Positions 19,690 to 30,858 of a stretch of 64,000 bases of DNA are shown in pieces. Numbering within the stretch: position 1 is the first letter of the stretch; each line of letters starts with the position of its first letter. This DNA comes from a bacterium (GTDB lineage Bacteria; Zhuqueibacterota; Zhuqueibacteria; Zhuqueibacterales; Zhuqueibacteraceae). The notes beneath the pieces are model-generated. The model worked only from the letters and a program-made list of their open reading frames with translations. It made no database searches and was not told the origin of the DNA. The stretch is taken from NCBI GenBank assembly GCA_044869275.1, contig JBIOXB010000213.1, positions 11,075 through 75,074 on the forward strand, given 5' to 3'. A program made the translations under genes and the position numbers.

Positions 19690-22116
19690 GTGATGAAGAA
19701 ACGGGTGTGCCGGCAATACCGCCTCGTGCCGATCTGGCTGGCCTTCAGCTTTTGCACCCAAAGCATGGCGCAAACCAAGCCCGTGCTTTCGATTGCGAGC
19801 ATCATGCGCGATCCGAAATGGCTGGGTGCGTTCCCGCAGAATCCTTACTGGTCGGAAGACAGCCGGACCCTGTACTTTTGGTGGAACCCGGAATTGCGCG
19901 AAGCCGATTCCCTTTATCAAGTGGCCCGTCTCGATCTCAAACCCACAAAAGTCCACCTGGCGGTGCAAAAAAATCTTCCGGCGCGCGACGGCCGCTACAA
20001 TCGCAGCTTGACCAATAAAACCTTCGAGCGCGACGGCGATATTTTCTTGCTGGACCTTAAAACCGGAAAAAGCACGCAAATCACCAATACCTTGGAAGCG
20101 GAAAGCGAGCCGCGGTTCTCCTTCTTCGAAGAGGCCGTGGTTTTTCTGCGCGAGCGCAACTTGTTCTCTTGGAAAATCGCCGGCGGCGAGCTGGCGCAAT
20201 TGACGGATTTTCGTGCGGGCGCGATACCGCCGGAAAAAATGCCCGCAACCGAAGTGCAAAAATATCTCGCCGAAGAAGAATTGCGCTTGCTGCAAACTCT
20301 GCGCGAGCGCAAAGACAGGCTCGCCGCCAGCGAACATGCCAACAAGATGCTGGCCGCCAAAAGGCCGAAAGCCATCTATCTGGGCGAGGAAATCATCAGC
20401 AATCTTCAGCTTGCGCCCAGCGGCAAGTTCGTCACCTTCCGCTTGCAGCGCCGGGCGGGAGAAACGCGCACCGCGCAAGTGCCCAATTATGTCAACGCCA
20501 CCGGTTTTACAGCAGAGATTCCCACGCGCGTGAAAGTGGGCGAGCCGACTTCAACGTTCCGTTTGGGCTTTTGGGATATGGCAGCAGACACGGTGCTGTA
20601 CGTGCAAACGGACGGCCTGCCGGAGATTTCTTTGCCGAGGGAGTTCACCAAAGCGGAAGGGAAAAAGGATACGATCAAAATCGCCACCGGCATTGCGGTA
20701 AACAATCAGACACAAGGCGCAGCGAAAACAAATCCTCGTGAGGTGAACTGGCACGGGCCATTTTGGAACGATGATGGCAAGCATGCTTTCGTCGTGGCGC
20801 TATCCCTGGACAACAAGGATCGCTGGATCGCATTGCTGGATTTGCCTGCCACAAGCCTGAAAGTGCTCGACCATCAATATGACCAGGCCTGGATCGGCGG
20901 GCCGGGCATCGGCGGCTGGTGGAGCGCGGGCGAGGTGGGCTGGATGCCGGATAACGAAAACGTGTGGTTCTGCTCCGAAGCAAACGGCTATTCGCACCTG
21001 TACACGGTCAACGTTAGGACCGGCGAGCAGCGAGCGTTGACCAGCGGCGCTTTTGAAATTTCTTCGCCATTTATTTCACGCGACAAGAAGCGCTGGTATT
21101 TCACCAGCAATGAAGGCGATCCCGGCGAGCATCATTTTTATACGATGCCGATTGCCGGCGGCGCACGCACGCGCCTGACGACTCTGGCGGGCGAGAATGA
21201 AGTCGTGCTGTCGCCGGATGAGGCCATGCTCGCGATTCGCCACTCCCAAGCCAACGTGCCGTGGGAGATTTATCTGCAACCCAATCAACCCGGAGCCGTC
21301 GCACAACGGGTAACCGATTCCACCAGCGAGGAATTCAAGAAATATCCCTGGCGCATGCCGGAGTTTGTCACTTACGCCGCACGCGATGGCAAGCATGTGC
21401 GCGCGCGTTTGTATCGTCCGGAAATATCTAATAGCGCTGCCGTGATTTTCGTGCACGGCGCAGGGTATTTGCAGAACGCGCATAATGGCTGGTCCTATTA
21501 TTTTCGCGAATATATGTTTCACAATTTGCTGGCCGATCGCGGCTACACCGTGCTTGATCCCGATTATCGCGCCAGCGCGGGTTATGGCCGGGATTGGCGC
21601 ACTGCGATTTATCGCCACATGGGAGGAAAAGATTTGGAGGACGTCGTCGATGGCGCAAAATTTTTGAGCGAAAATTGTGGTGTCGAGGCGAAACGCATTG
21701 GCCTATATGGCGGCAGCTATGGCGGGTTCATCACGTTGATGGCGATGTTCACCACGCCGGACGTTTTCGCCGCTGGCGCAGCCTTGCGCCCGGTAACAGA
21801 TTGGGCACATTACAATCACGGCTATAGCTCCAACATCCTCAACATTCCGCAAGCCGACACGCTGGCTTATCGCCGCAGCTCGCCGATTTATTTTGCGGAG
21901 GGACTAAAAGGCGCATTGTTAATTTGCCATGGCATGGTGGATGTCAATGTGCATTTTCACGACACCGTCCGTTTGGCGCAGCGCTTGATTGAATTGGGAA
22001 AGGACAATTGGGAAGTAGCCATGTATCCGGTGGAAGACCACGCTTTCCAGGAAGCCAGCTCGTGGCGGGATGAGTATGCGAGAATTTTGAAACTGTTTGA
22101 AGGCAATTTGCGGTGA
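19690..22116 (+). CDS. S9 family peptidase (DPP IV-like), secreted
   Basis: Signal peptide; propeller region; GGSYGG nucleophile, HGMVD, EDHAF. Confidence 0.92.
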   Translation: MMKKRVCRQYRLVPIWLAFSFCTQSMAQTKPVLSIASIMRDPKWLGAFPQNPYWSEDSRTLYFWWNPELREADSLYQVARLDLKPTKVHLAVQKNLPARDGRYNRSLTNKTFERDGDIFLLDLKTGKSTQITNTLEAESEPRFSFFEEAVVFLRERNLFSWKIAGGELAQLTDFRAGAIPPEKMPATEVQKYLAEEELRLLQTLRERKDRLAASEHANKMLAAKRPKAIYLGEEIISNLQLAPSGKFVTFRLQRRAGETRTAQVPNYVNATGFTAEIPTRVKVGEPTSTFRLGFWDMAADTVLYVQTDGLPEISLPREFTKAEGKKDTIKIATGIAVNNQTQGAAKTNPREVNWHGPFWNDDGKHAFVVALSLDNKDRWIALLDLPATSLKVLDHQYDQAWIGGPGIGGWWSAGEVGWMPDNENVWFCSEANGYSHLYTVNVRTGEQRALTSGAFEISSPFISRDKKRWYFTSNEGDPGEHHFYTMPIAGGARTRLTTLAGENEVVLSPDEAMLAIRHSQANVPWEIYLQPNQPGAVAQRVTDSTSEEFKKYPWRMPEFVTYAARDGKHVRARLYRPEISNSAAVIFVHGAGYLQNAHNGWSYYFREYMFHNLLADRGYTVLDPDYRASAGYGRDWRTAIYRHMGGKDLEDVVDGAKFLSENCGVEAKRIGLYGGSYGGFITLMAMFTTPDVFAAGAALRPVTDWAHYNHGYSSNILNIPQADTLAYRRSSPIYFAEGLKGALLICHGMVDVNVHFHDTVRLAQRLIELGKDNWEVAMYPVEDHAFQEASSWRDEYARILKLFEGNLR

Positions 22117-22206
22117 GCGGATGGTTGTCTTGCAGCAGGACATTTCCAAGCGGCAGCGTCAATTTGCCGTTGTAGTACTAAAGGAGATCACGTAGATAGC
22201 GCACAT

Positions 22207-22410
22207 TCATTGTGCCGCTCTCGCTTCCAGTCCTGCAAAAATCTCCGCCACCGGCAACTCGAAACCCGGCAGCAACTCAGGCGCGGTGAGCTTGTCGCGC
22301 ACGGCGTGCTTGCCTTGTGCCGTGCACACCAAAACCTCACGCGTGCTGGGAATGACGATCCAGAAGATCTGAGCGCCCTGCTGCAAATAAGCATCGACTT
22401 TTTCCATCAC
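22207..22410 (-). pseudogene. C-terminal fragment of a Uma2-family endonuclease
   Basis: EKVDAYL..G...WIVIP..REVLV...L.APELLPGFELPVAEIF; only 25 nt to the upstream stop, so the N-terminal part is missing. Confidence 0.75.
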
Positions 22411-22435
22411 ATAATTGCAAGCTGAAATTCCGGCT

Positions 22436-24835
22436 TTACAGCATCATCCCCTTCGCCCGTTCCTGATACAGCAATTGAAACAGCACATGGCAGTATTGCG
22501 ACAATTCGCGCTTGCCCTGGTTGGCCACGGCGTAACGCCAGAAGCCGTACAGCGCGGTGAGATCGAGCAGTTTGTTGCTGTATAGTTTCCACGTGAATCG
22601 TTCCTGCACGCATGCGATGGCCTGGGTTGAGATTCTTTGCCAATAATCGGGCTCGCGTTCGCAACGCGTGAGGAAATCCAATAACGCCGCGCTGATGAAT
22701 TCCGGCACGGTGGGATTGATCAAGAAGCCGCTCTTTTTATCCACAATGATTTCGCCTGGCCCGCCAAATTGCGTGGCGAACACCGGCAGCCCGCTTGCCA
22801 TCGCCTCCAGCACCGTCAGGCCGAAGGCCTCGAAGCGCGCCGGCTGCACGAATACGCCGCGCTGATCCGCGATGATGCGATACGCTGCGCCCGTGTCTTC
22901 TTTGGATAAATGCACGCCCAGCCAGCGCATCCTGCCGTGCAAATCGTATTGCCTCATCAAATCGTGCATGTGTTGAATCTCCGCGGCCTCCTCTGTATCC
23001 GTGGTCTGCGAGGCGTCCACCTTGCCCGCGATCACGATGAGGTTGCATTTCTCTTGCAGCGCCCGGGACTTGCCAAAGCCTTCCACCAACATGGTGAGGT
23101 TTTTCACGCGGTCGAGGCGCGCCATCGTGAAAACGGGAGTCTTCTCCTTATCGTGCAAAGTGCCAATGCTGGTCTCATTCTGTGCCTCGAACATAAGCTC
23201 GGCGAGTTTTTTCCGGCGATTTGGCAGCCGTCGCTCCTCGGCGTGATACGGAAAAAAGATGTGCTCATCCACTCCCGGAGGAATGACGTTGAATTTGGGA
23301 TGAAACAAGTTGACGCCGCTTTCCACTTGCAACAGCCCGGGCATGGTGAAGAATTGATAGGATTCATATTGTCCGCGTGTGAATGGCGTGCCGGCGATTT
23401 CTTGGAACGTGCTGGTGATGATGAAATCCGCCATGTTCATGGCGATGAGATCGGCGACGTATTGTAAAGAAAAGTGATACGCCTGCTCGAATTTTTGCCA
23501 ATGCAAATCGGAGAACAAATATTTCGTCTTCTCCAGCGCGTGCGCGATGTTGCATTGGACCACATCGAGCTGCTCGGACAGCAGTGTGGCCACGAGATTG
23601 CCGTCGGTGTAATTGCCGATGATCAGATCCGGCCGGCCGTTGAACTCGCTCGACAGCGCCAACCTGGCTTCGTAGGCAAAGCGCTGCAAATAAGGCCAAA
23701 TCTCGAAACGCGAAATCCAATGGGGCACGACCTTGCCGTGGCGGTCATGAAACGGCACGCGCAAAATCCAGGCGTCGTCAGTCTGATGAATTTTTTCGAG
23801 GCGGACGTTGCTGGTCGTGCCTTGATGGTCCGGAATCAAGCGTGTGACTACGATGATTTTGGGTTTGGCCGTGAGTCCGTATTCTAGTAGGCGCGCCGCC
23901 AGCGTTTTCTCCAAAGCGCGGACTTGATCTAAAATATAGACCACCTGGCCGCCGGTATCGGGCCGGCCGAGCACGTTGGTTTGTCCGAACCAGCCATGCG
24001 GGGAGATGATGGCGACTTTGGAGATCATGGGAATGCGCGAAATGAAGCGCTCCACGTTGCCGCCGGTCGGGGACTGAAACAACTCGAGCAGAAGATTCAT
24101 CGTCTCCAGAATTCTGCCGGCGGTATTACCCCATCCCGGTTCGAAACCATGCCGGCGCATGTGCCCGATGAGGTTCTCGAGAGGTGTTTCGGGTTCGAGC
24201 GCGGCGAGGTGATCGGTGAACGCGTGAATTTCATCGACCAATTGCGGCAAACTGTGTATATCGTTCCCATCGATGAGCAATTGCTGCCCGCCCAGGCTGT
24301 GAATTTTCAAAAACTCAAACAGATATTTGTTCCATCTATCCGGATCATTGAACAAGTTGCTCGACATGTGCCGGTTGAGAAAAGCGATGCCTTCGCCCAC
24401 GCTTTTGGCGTCGCTCATCGCGGGACCGTAATCATAAAATGGCATGAAATTCACGCGCAGCTTGCCATCGTGTTCACGCTGGTCCGGTTGCGCCAGCTTG
24501 TCGCGCAGCTCCAAAAATTCGGCAATGCCGATGGGCTCGACGGTTTCGCCTTGAATGCTGGTTTTATAAATGAAGTATTGCGCCATGCGATGACGATGCA
24601 CCAGAATCGCCTGGCCGCCCAGCAGCAGCAATTCTGGCATGCGGCTGAACAAACCGTGCAACGTGCTGTCTTGCAGCAGCTCGGACTTGTGGTTGTTGCG
24701 GCAGTATTCCTCGAATGCCAATACGATGTCATTGCGCAGCAGATAATGGTTGGGCTTCTGCGACAATTCATAGAGGAACATTTGAAAGTCCCGCACTTCG
24801 TGGGCGGCGATCAATTCGGTCAACGGCTTGGCCAT
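22436..24835 (-). CDS. Sucrose synthase (GT4)
   Basis: ISPHGWFGQ.NVLGRPDTGGQVVYILDQVRALE, WISRFEIWPYL, IAHALEKTKY, MARLDRVKN, FEAFGLTVLEAM; AGGAG upstream of ATG 24835. Confidence 0.95.
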   Translation of the reverse strand: MAKPLTELIAAHEVRDFQMFLYELSQKPNHYLLRNDIVLAFEEYCRNNHKSELLQDSTLHGLFSRMPELLLLGGQAILVHRHRMAQYFIYKTSIQGETVEPIGIAEFLELRDKLAQPDQREHDGKLRVNFMPFYDYGPAMSDAKSVGEGIAFLNRHMSSNLFNDPDRWNKYLFEFLKIHSLGGQQLLIDGNDIHSLPQLVDEIHAFTDHLAALEPETPLENLIGHMRRHGFEPGWGNTAGRILETMNLLLELFQSPTGGNVERFISRIPMISKVAIISPHGWFGQTNVLGRPDTGGQVVYILDQVRALEKTLAARLLEYGLTAKPKIIVVTRLIPDHQGTTSNVRLEKIHQTDDAWILRVPFHDRHGKVVPHWISRFEIWPYLQRFAYEARLALSSEFNGRPDLIIGNYTDGNLVATLLSEQLDVVQCNIAHALEKTKYLFSDLHWQKFEQAYHFSLQYVADLIAMNMADFIITSTFQEIAGTPFTRGQYESYQFFTMPGLLQVESGVNLFHPKFNVIPPGVDEHIFFPYHAEERRLPNRRKKLAELMFEAQNETSIGTLHDKEKTPVFTMARLDRVKNLTMLVEGFGKSRALQEKCNLIVIAGKVDASQTTDTEEAAEIQHMHDLMRQYDLHGRMRWLGVHLSKEDTGAAYRIIADQRGVFVQPARFEAFGLTVLEAMASGLPVFATQFGGPGEIIVDKKSGFLINPTVPEFISAALLDFLTRCEREPDYWQRISTQAIACVQERFTWKLYSNKLLDLTALYGFWRYAVANQGKRELSQYCHVLFQLLYQERAKGMML

Positions 24836-24892
24836 CGGTGTGCTCCTGCCTTGCGTGAAAGTTGAATTGGCGTTGAAAAGCCGGGAAACAAA

Positions 24893-24921
24893 GTCCGTAG
24901 AGGGCGCAGACCTCCACGGAC
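24893..24921. repeat. GTAG-type REP-like hairpin
   Basis: GTCCGTAGAGG-GCGCAGA-CCTCCACGGAC imperfect stem. Confidence 0.45.
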
Positions 24922-25150
24922 CAAAAGACTCGAGACTCCTGGGTGCATCTGCAATACAAACCTGCAAAACTGAGCTATTTTAGCAAAGTTACTGGTGTAG
25001 TCAGCCATAAGTGAAATCTTTGCAATTGCGCAGAGATGAATTCCACGCGGATTAAAAAAACACGCGGATAGTTTAAAAATTTCCGTGTAGTTTTTTGATC
25101 CGTGTGGAACCATTTTGGTTGCGGCTCCGCCGCACTTTGAAATCTGCTCA

Positions 25151-27325
25151 TCAATCCTCGTTCAAGAAATCATAGTGCCGGATTCCGTCGATGACGCCGG
25201 CGGCGTGGCGTTGCGGCGAAAAATAAACGCGCTTCAAGCCGCGCAGTTTTTTCAGCTCGGGCTGGTAGTTGCCCACGACCACGCCAGAAATTTCGCCGCG
25301 CAGCATTTCTTCGTCATTGCCCGAATCACCGGCTACCAACACTCGCTCCAGCGGAATGCTCCATTTGTAGCACAAATAGCGCACCGCCTTGCCCTTGGAA
25401 GCGCGGAAGGGCAGCACGTCCAGAAACTTTTTGCCGGAATAAATCAAATTCGCGCGCAGGCGATGCCGCACGATGATCTCGTGAATTTTGGCGAGATGCT
25501 CCGGCGAATCTTCCATGAAATAACTCAGCTTGAACTCGCGCTGCACCGCGGGCTCCTGCGGCTGCAGAAAGGGGAGGGTCGCGAGCAATTGCTGAATTTT
25601 TTCGCGATGCCAATGGCGGGAAATGTGCGTGCGCCAGCCTTGATCGAGCATCCAATCGCGCGCATAGTAAATCTCCGCCCCCACCGCGGCGATGATGAAA
25701 TCGAGCCCGCCGACGCCATGCTTGGTGAGCACGGCCGAGGCCGATTGCAGCGACCGGCCGGTGGCCACGCCGAAGCTGAAATCGCGGCGATGCTGCTTGA
25801 TGAAAGCGACGAGCCGGGCGAGCGCGGCATCGTCGCCCAATAAAGTGTCGTCGATGTCGGACACCAACAAGCGCGTCATTTTGCTCAAGCGCTTGCCGAT
25901 CACGGGAACACCGCCGGCGTCGGGTGGCGACGGGCTTGGAGCTGGCAAAAGCTTGTGCGTTTCAGCGAGATATTGTGCGCAATGCGACTCCCAGGAATAG
26001 TGCGTACGCACGCATTGAATGCCGTTGAGGGAGAATTGCTTCCACAGCTCACGATCCACCAAGATCTTCTTGATGGCCGCACCCAATTCTTCGGGACGAT
26101 TCACGTCCACCACAAAGCCGTTGTTGCAGTTTCGTATCACTTCGCGCGGGCCGCCGTCGTTCGTGGCCACGAGGGGCAGGCCGCACGCGGTCGCTTCAAT
26201 CAAAGTCAGGCCGAAGGGCTCGGTAAACGCGGGATTCACGAACACGCCCTGCGTGCGCGCCGCGAGGCGATACAGCTCAGGCACCTCGAACTCCGAGTCA
26301 TGGCGTTTGGGGATGGCAAGCTTGCCATAAAGATCGAATTTGTCCATCAAGAGCAGCAACTCGGTGAGCACCTCGCGCTCGTTGTCGTCCATTGTGGCAA
26401 TGTCTTTGCGTATGCCGGCGAAGATGGCGAGATTGGCGATGGCTTGCAGCTCTTTGTCCTGGCCATACGCCAGAATCAATGCCGGAATGTTCTTCTTGCG
26501 CACTGGCCGTGACAAGGCCAGAATCAGCGGCTTGTCGGGATTGCTGAGAAAACGCTCCAGTTCCTTGCGCACGAAGAAATGGGCGTGCTTTTCGCGCTCA
26601 CTTTTTTCCATGCCGCCCACGACGGTTTCATAATACGGGTACAAGCGCTGGTTGTCGAAGCCCGGCGCGATCACGCTAAAATGTGCAGACCTCGCCGCTT
26701 CGTACAGACCGTATTGCCCGTCGATTTCCTGCCGGCTGCTGGTGACGATCAGGTCCGCATGCTGGATGATTTTTTCTTCCGTCGCAATGCGATGATCGAG
26801 GCGGTATTTTTTGTTCATTTCCCCCTCGGATAAGCCGCGTTCGATCAGCGCCAGCTTTTTGTTGCGGCCCAACGAATGCGCGGTGAAGATGAAGGGCACA
26901 TCCAGCAAGTTGGACAATTCCAAAGCCACCTCGCCCGCGTCGGCGTAATGACCGTGGATCACATCGGGAAAGCCGCTCTCCTGTTTGATGAATTGCAGCA
27001 TCTTATCGACAAATTCGTCGAGGTGCGGCCACAGCAATTCTTTGCGAATGTAGCGACTGCCGCCGCATTGGATGCGTACGATCCGCACATTTTCACTCAA
27101 CGGCTCGAGCGGCCGGCCGTAATCTGGCGAAAGTGTTTTGTCGCGCAGCAAGCGCGTGAATAGATCCACTTTCGCCACGCCCGGCTGTTTGCCCAGCGCC
27201 TTGGCCAGCTCAAGCACGTATTTCACCTGCCCGCCGGTGTCGGCATTGCGGCCCATTTCCAAATTCTGTCCGCGCACCAGGCCGTGAATGCTGAAGAGTT
27301 GGAGGTAAGCTCCCTTCTGTGCCAC
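25151..27325 (-). CDS. sps: Bidomain sucrose-phosphate synthase / sucrose-phosphate phosphatase (GT4 + HAD)
   Basis: SIHGLVRG..LEMGRNADTGGQVKYVLELA, HGHYADAG, EPFGLTLIEA; HAD motifs SDIDDT, ATGR, GDSGND; GTG start with AGAGGA upstream. Confidence 0.9.
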   Translation of the reverse strand: MAQKGAYLQLFSIHGLVRGQNLEMGRNADTGGQVKYVLELAKALGKQPGVAKVDLFTRLLRDKTLSPDYGRPLEPLSENVRIVRIQCGGSRYIRKELLWPHLDEFVDKMLQFIKQESGFPDVIHGHYADAGEVALELSNLLDVPFIFTAHSLGRNKKLALIERGLSEGEMNKKYRLDHRIATEEKIIQHADLIVTSSRQEIDGQYGLYEAARSAHFSVIAPGFDNQRLYPYYETVVGGMEKSEREKHAHFFVRKELERFLSNPDKPLILALSRPVRKKNIPALILAYGQDKELQAIANLAIFAGIRKDIATMDDNEREVLTELLLLMDKFDLYGKLAIPKRHDSEFEVPELYRLAARTQGVFVNPAFTEPFGLTLIEATACGLPLVATNDGGPREVIRNCNNGFVVDVNRPEELGAAIKKILVDRELWKQFSLNGIQCVRTHYSWESHCAQYLAETHKLLPAPSPSPPDAGGVPVIGKRLSKMTRLLVSDIDDTLLGDDAALARLVAFIKQHRRDFSFGVATGRSLQSASAVLTKHGVGGLDFIIAAVGAEIYYARDWMLDQGWRTHISRHWHREKIQQLLATLPFLQPQEPAVQREFKLSYFMEDSPEHLAKIHEIIVRHRLRANLIYSGKKFLDVLPFRASKGKAVRYLCYKWSIPLERVLVAGDSGNDEEMLRGEISGVVVGNYQPELKKLRGLKRVYFSPQRHAAGVIDGIRHYDFLNED

Positions 27326-27417
27326 GAGGTTGTTCCTCTGCCTGTTTATCTTGTACCCTTGCCACAACAAGCCTCATTTGCATGAAGCCCACCTCGTCAT
27401 GTCATTCCATGGGAATC

Positions 27418-27535
27418 AGGCTGCGTAAAAAACGCTTGGTTTCAGCGCAGGCGAAGCTTGTCCAAGCCTGATTTTTAAACTTAGCGGCCTTCGACAGCAC
27501 TCAAGTTGAGGCCTTCCCAAGTTTTCACACAGGCT
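27418..27535 (+). mobile_element. MITE-like element copy 3 (diverged)
   Basis: AGGCTGCGTAAAAAAC...GTTTTCACACAGGCT, collinear with 3995-4110, GAATC on both sides. Confidence 0.75.
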
Positions 27536-28006
27536 GAATCTTTCCAAGAGCCCGGCAAGGCCCCAGGACTGAGATTCATTCCTGCTGAATGGCGTCTGCA
27601 ACAAGGAAACCGTGATGATTCTGCAAAAAATTATGCCGCGCCGGCAATACCACGAGAAAGTCGGTAGCGCAATCTGAGATGAGTCTTATTGATGGCGACT
27701 TGGGAGTGGCCAGCACTCACAACGAAGATACCCGAAGCACGTTCGGGCAGCAGGGTACTATGTAAAGCGGTCGTGATGGACGTCTGAAAACTATATGGGC
27801 ATATGAGTGGAAAATGTCAACAAAAATTTTGCTGAAACGTGAAAAGATGTCTATATTCCCTCGGCGAAGTCAGGCTTGCGCACCACGATTTTTGCAAAGC
27901 CGAAGCTTCTCAAGCGCAAGTCTGACTCCACTTTCCGGACTTTTGGTAAATGGCTGTAAGGCCGCCGCAAGTATTTCGACAAACAATTACGACCGCGAAA
28001 ATTTTT

Positions 28007-28043
28007 AATTGTCAATTAGTAATTGATAATTGCCAATTGTCAA
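28007..28043. repeat. Degenerate 7-nt tandem array (AATTGTC)
   Basis: AATTGTC AATTAGT AATTGAT AATTGCC AATTGTC. Confidence 0.65.
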
Positions 28044-28063
28044 CTTTTGGGAAGATTGAGAAT

Positions 28064-28696
28064 ATGGCCGATTGGAACCCCTTCAAACGCGTCGAGCTGC
28101 TCAAAGCCGCCAAGCCCAAACGCCAGCGCGATGATGATCCGCTCAACCGCGTGCCGCCGGGGCAATATACCACCACGAAGTTTCCGGTGTTGACTTACGG
28201 CGACACGCCAAAGATCTCGCTAAAAGATTGGAGAATGAAAGTATGGGGCTTGGTGGAGAATCCCATTGAGCTAAATTGGGAACAAATACAGGCGCTGCCG
28301 CGCAAGGAGATCAATTGCGATTTGCACTGCGTCACGCGCTGGAGCCAGCTCGACATGAAATGGGAAGGCGTGCCTTTCAGTGAGATTGCCAAACTCGTGC
28401 AGCCTCAACCCGAGGCGCGTTTTGTGATGCAGCATTGCTACGGCGGCTACACCACGAATTTGCCAATTGAAGAAATGTATGACGACGACGCGCTGCTCGC
28501 GTTCAACTATGACGGCAAACCCTTGCCCCCCGAGCACGGCGGCCCGCTGCGCATGCTGGTGCCGAAATTATATTTGTGGAAAAGCGCGAAGTGGCTGAAT
28601 GGTTTGGAATTCATGGCGCGCGACCGCCGCGGTTTTTGGGAGAATTACGGCTACCACAACCACGGCGATCCGTGGACCGAAGAACGCTTTGGTTGA
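28064..28696 (+). CDS. Sulfite-oxidase-like molybdopterin-binding oxidoreductase (YuiH-like)
   Basis: [52 protein letters not shown]. Confidence 0.92.
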   Translation: MADWNPFKRVELLKAAKPKRQRDDDPLNRVPPGQYTTTKFPVLTYGDTPKISLKDWRMKVWGLVENPIELNWEQIQALPRKEINCDLHCVTRWSQLDMKWEGVPFSEIAKLVQPQPEARFVMQHCYGGYTTNLPIEEMYDDDALLAFNYDGKPLPPEHGGPLRMLVPKLYLWKSAKWLNGLEFMARDRRGFWENYGYHNHGDPWTEERFG

Positions 28697-28784
28697 GACA
28701 ATAATTCCATTGCAATCCAACTTGAATTATTTTATTTTAGCCCTCATTCTTCGCGCCCAAGTTGAGTTTTGCAAAGGAATCCCC

Positions 28785-30806
28785 ATGAGCAAGATCGCCT
28801 CCCTCGAGCAATTATGCATCAATACCATCCGCACCCTGGCGATGGACGCCGTGCAAGCTGCAAATTCCGGCCATCCCGGCACGCCCATGGCATTGGCCCC
28901 AGTGGCTTTCGTGCTGTGGGACCGTTTCATGCATCATAATCCCACGAATCCCGAATGGCCGAATCGCGATCGCTTCGTCCTTTCCGCGGGCCACGCTTCG
29001 ATGCTGCTGTATGGCATCCTCCATATCAACGGCTATGATCTTTCCCTGGACGACATCAAGAGCTTTCGGCAATTGCACAGCAAAACCCCTGGCCATCCCG
29101 AATTTGGACTGACACGAGGCGTGGAAACGACGACCGGGCCGCTGGGCCAAGGCTGCGCCAATAGCGTCGGCATGGCGATGGCGGAGAAATGGCTGGCTGC
29201 ACATTTCAATCAGCCCGGGCATGAGATTTTCGACTACCATGTCTTCACCATCGCCGGCGACGGCGACATGATGGAAGGGCTTTCCAGCGAAGCGGCTTCA
29301 CTGGCGGGCCACTTGGGCTTGGACAATCTCATCTGGATTTACGACAACAATCGCATTACGATCGAAGGCAGCACCGCGCTCGCTTTTTCGGAAGATGTAG
29401 GCGCGCGCTTTCTGGCCTACAACTGGCACGTGCAGCGTGTCAGTGACGCCAATGATACCGACCGGCTCGAGCGCGCCATCCAAATTGCGCGTGACGAAGC
29501 GCAGCAGCCCTCATTGATCATCGTTGACAGCCACATTGCTTATGGCGCACCGAACAAGCAAGATACCCACAGTGCACACGGTGAACCTCTCGGCGAAGAT
29601 GAAATTCGCGCTGCTAAAAAGTATTACGGCTGGGATCCGGATAAAAAGTTTTTCGTACCCGAGGAAGTCAAGGCCTATCGCGAAGAAGTTTTGGCCAAAA
29701 GCAGTAGACGGGAGGCCGAATGGCAGAAGAAATTTACCGCCTACGCCCGCGCCCATCCGCAGTTGGCGCAGGAATGGCGGCTGATGGAAAAACGCGAATT
29801 GCCGGCGGGCTGGGAAAGCCATCTGCCCACTTTTGCGGCAGATGCCAAGGGCCTCGCCAGCCGTGAGTCCAACAGCAAAGTTTTGAATGCGATCGCGGAA
29901 CACGTGCCGTGGTTCCTGGGCGGGTCCGCGGATTTGGCGCCTTCTACCAAAACCTTGATCAAGAACGCCGAGAGCTTTCAGAAAGGTCATTACCACGGCC
30001 GCAATTTTCATTTCGGCATTCGTGAGCACGCCATGGCGGCGATTCTCAATGGGATGTCCCTGAGCAAGCTGCGTCCCTATGGCGCAACGTTTCTCGTCTT
30101 TTTAGATTATCTGCGCCCGGCGTTGCGCCTGTCTGCGCTGATGGAGCAGCCGGCGATTTACATTTTCACGCATGACAGCATCGGCGTGGGTGAAGACGGG
30201 CCCACGCATCAACCCATCGAACACATCGCTTCGCTGCGTGCGATTCCGCATGTCGACGTCATTCGCCCGGCAGACGCCAATGAAGTCGCCGTCATGTGGA
30301 AACACATTATGCAGCTCCAAGACCGCCCGGTGGTACTGGTGCTCACGCGGCAAGCCATTCCCACTTTCGACCGTACGAAATACGCCTCCGCCGAAGGCGC
30401 GTTGCGCGGCGCATATATTCTCGCGGATGCGCCGGGAACGCTTGACGTTCTGCTCATGGGCACTGGCTCGGAAGTGCAATTGTGCCTGGGGGCATACGAA
30501 GAATTGCGCAAAGAAGGCATCAACGCGCGCGTGATCAGCATGCCGTGCTGGGAATTGTTCGAACGCCAGGATCCCTCGTATTGGGAAGCCGTCATGCCGC
30601 GCGCGGTACGAGCGCGCGTCGCCGTAGAAGCGGGCTCCACTTTCGGCTGGCGGCGCTACACCGGCAGCCACGATGAGGGCGGCATCGTCGGCCTGCGCGA
30701 CTTTGGCGCTTCCGCGCCGATCAAAGCCTTGCTGGCGGAATTCGGATTGACGGTGGCGGGTGTGGTGAAAGAGGTGAAGGAGACGATGGCGAGAGTTAAG
30801 AGATAG
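28785..30806 (+). CDS. tkt: Transketolase
   Basis: [56 protein letters not shown]. Confidence 0.97.
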   Translation: MSKIASLEQLCINTIRTLAMDAVQAANSGHPGTPMALAPVAFVLWDRFMHHNPTNPEWPNRDRFVLSAGHASMLLYGILHINGYDLSLDDIKSFRQLHSKTPGHPEFGLTRGVETTTGPLGQGCANSVGMAMAEKWLAAHFNQPGHEIFDYHVFTIAGDGDMMEGLSSEAASLAGHLGLDNLIWIYDNNRITIEGSTALAFSEDVGARFLAYNWHVQRVSDANDTDRLERAIQIARDEAQQPSLIIVDSHIAYGAPNKQDTHSAHGEPLGEDEIRAAKKYYGWDPDKKFFVPEEVKAYREEVLAKSSRREAEWQKKFTAYARAHPQLAQEWRLMEKRELPAGWESHLPTFAADAKGLASRESNSKVLNAIAEHVPWFLGGSADLAPSTKTLIKNAESFQKGHYHGRNFHFGIREHAMAAILNGMSLSKLRPYGATFLVFLDYLRPALRLSALMEQPAIYIFTHDSIGVGEDGPTHQPIEHIASLRAIPHVDVIRPADANEVAVMWKHIMQLQDRPVVLVLTRQAIPTFDRTKYASAEGALRGAYILADAPGTLDVLLMGTGSEVQLCLGAYEELRKEGINARVISMPCWELFERQDPSYWEAVMPRAVRARVAVEAGSTFGWRRYTGSHDEGGIVGLRDFGASAPIKALLAEFGLTVAGVVKEVKETMARVKR

Positions 30807-30814
30807 TTCAGCCT

Positions 30815-30853
30815 CTGGACACTGGATACTGGATACTGTACACTGGATACTGG
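30815..30853. repeat. 7-nt tandem array (CTGGATA)
   Basis: CTGGACA CTGGATA CTGGATA CTGTACA CTGGATA CTGG between tkt and pgi. Confidence 0.8.
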
Positions 30854-30858
30854 CCACA

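Noticed and set aside
27790..27820. Sigma-70 promoter for sps (TTGACA...TATAGT, minus strand)
   Set aside because: 19-nt spacer and about 460 nt from the start; too weak to call
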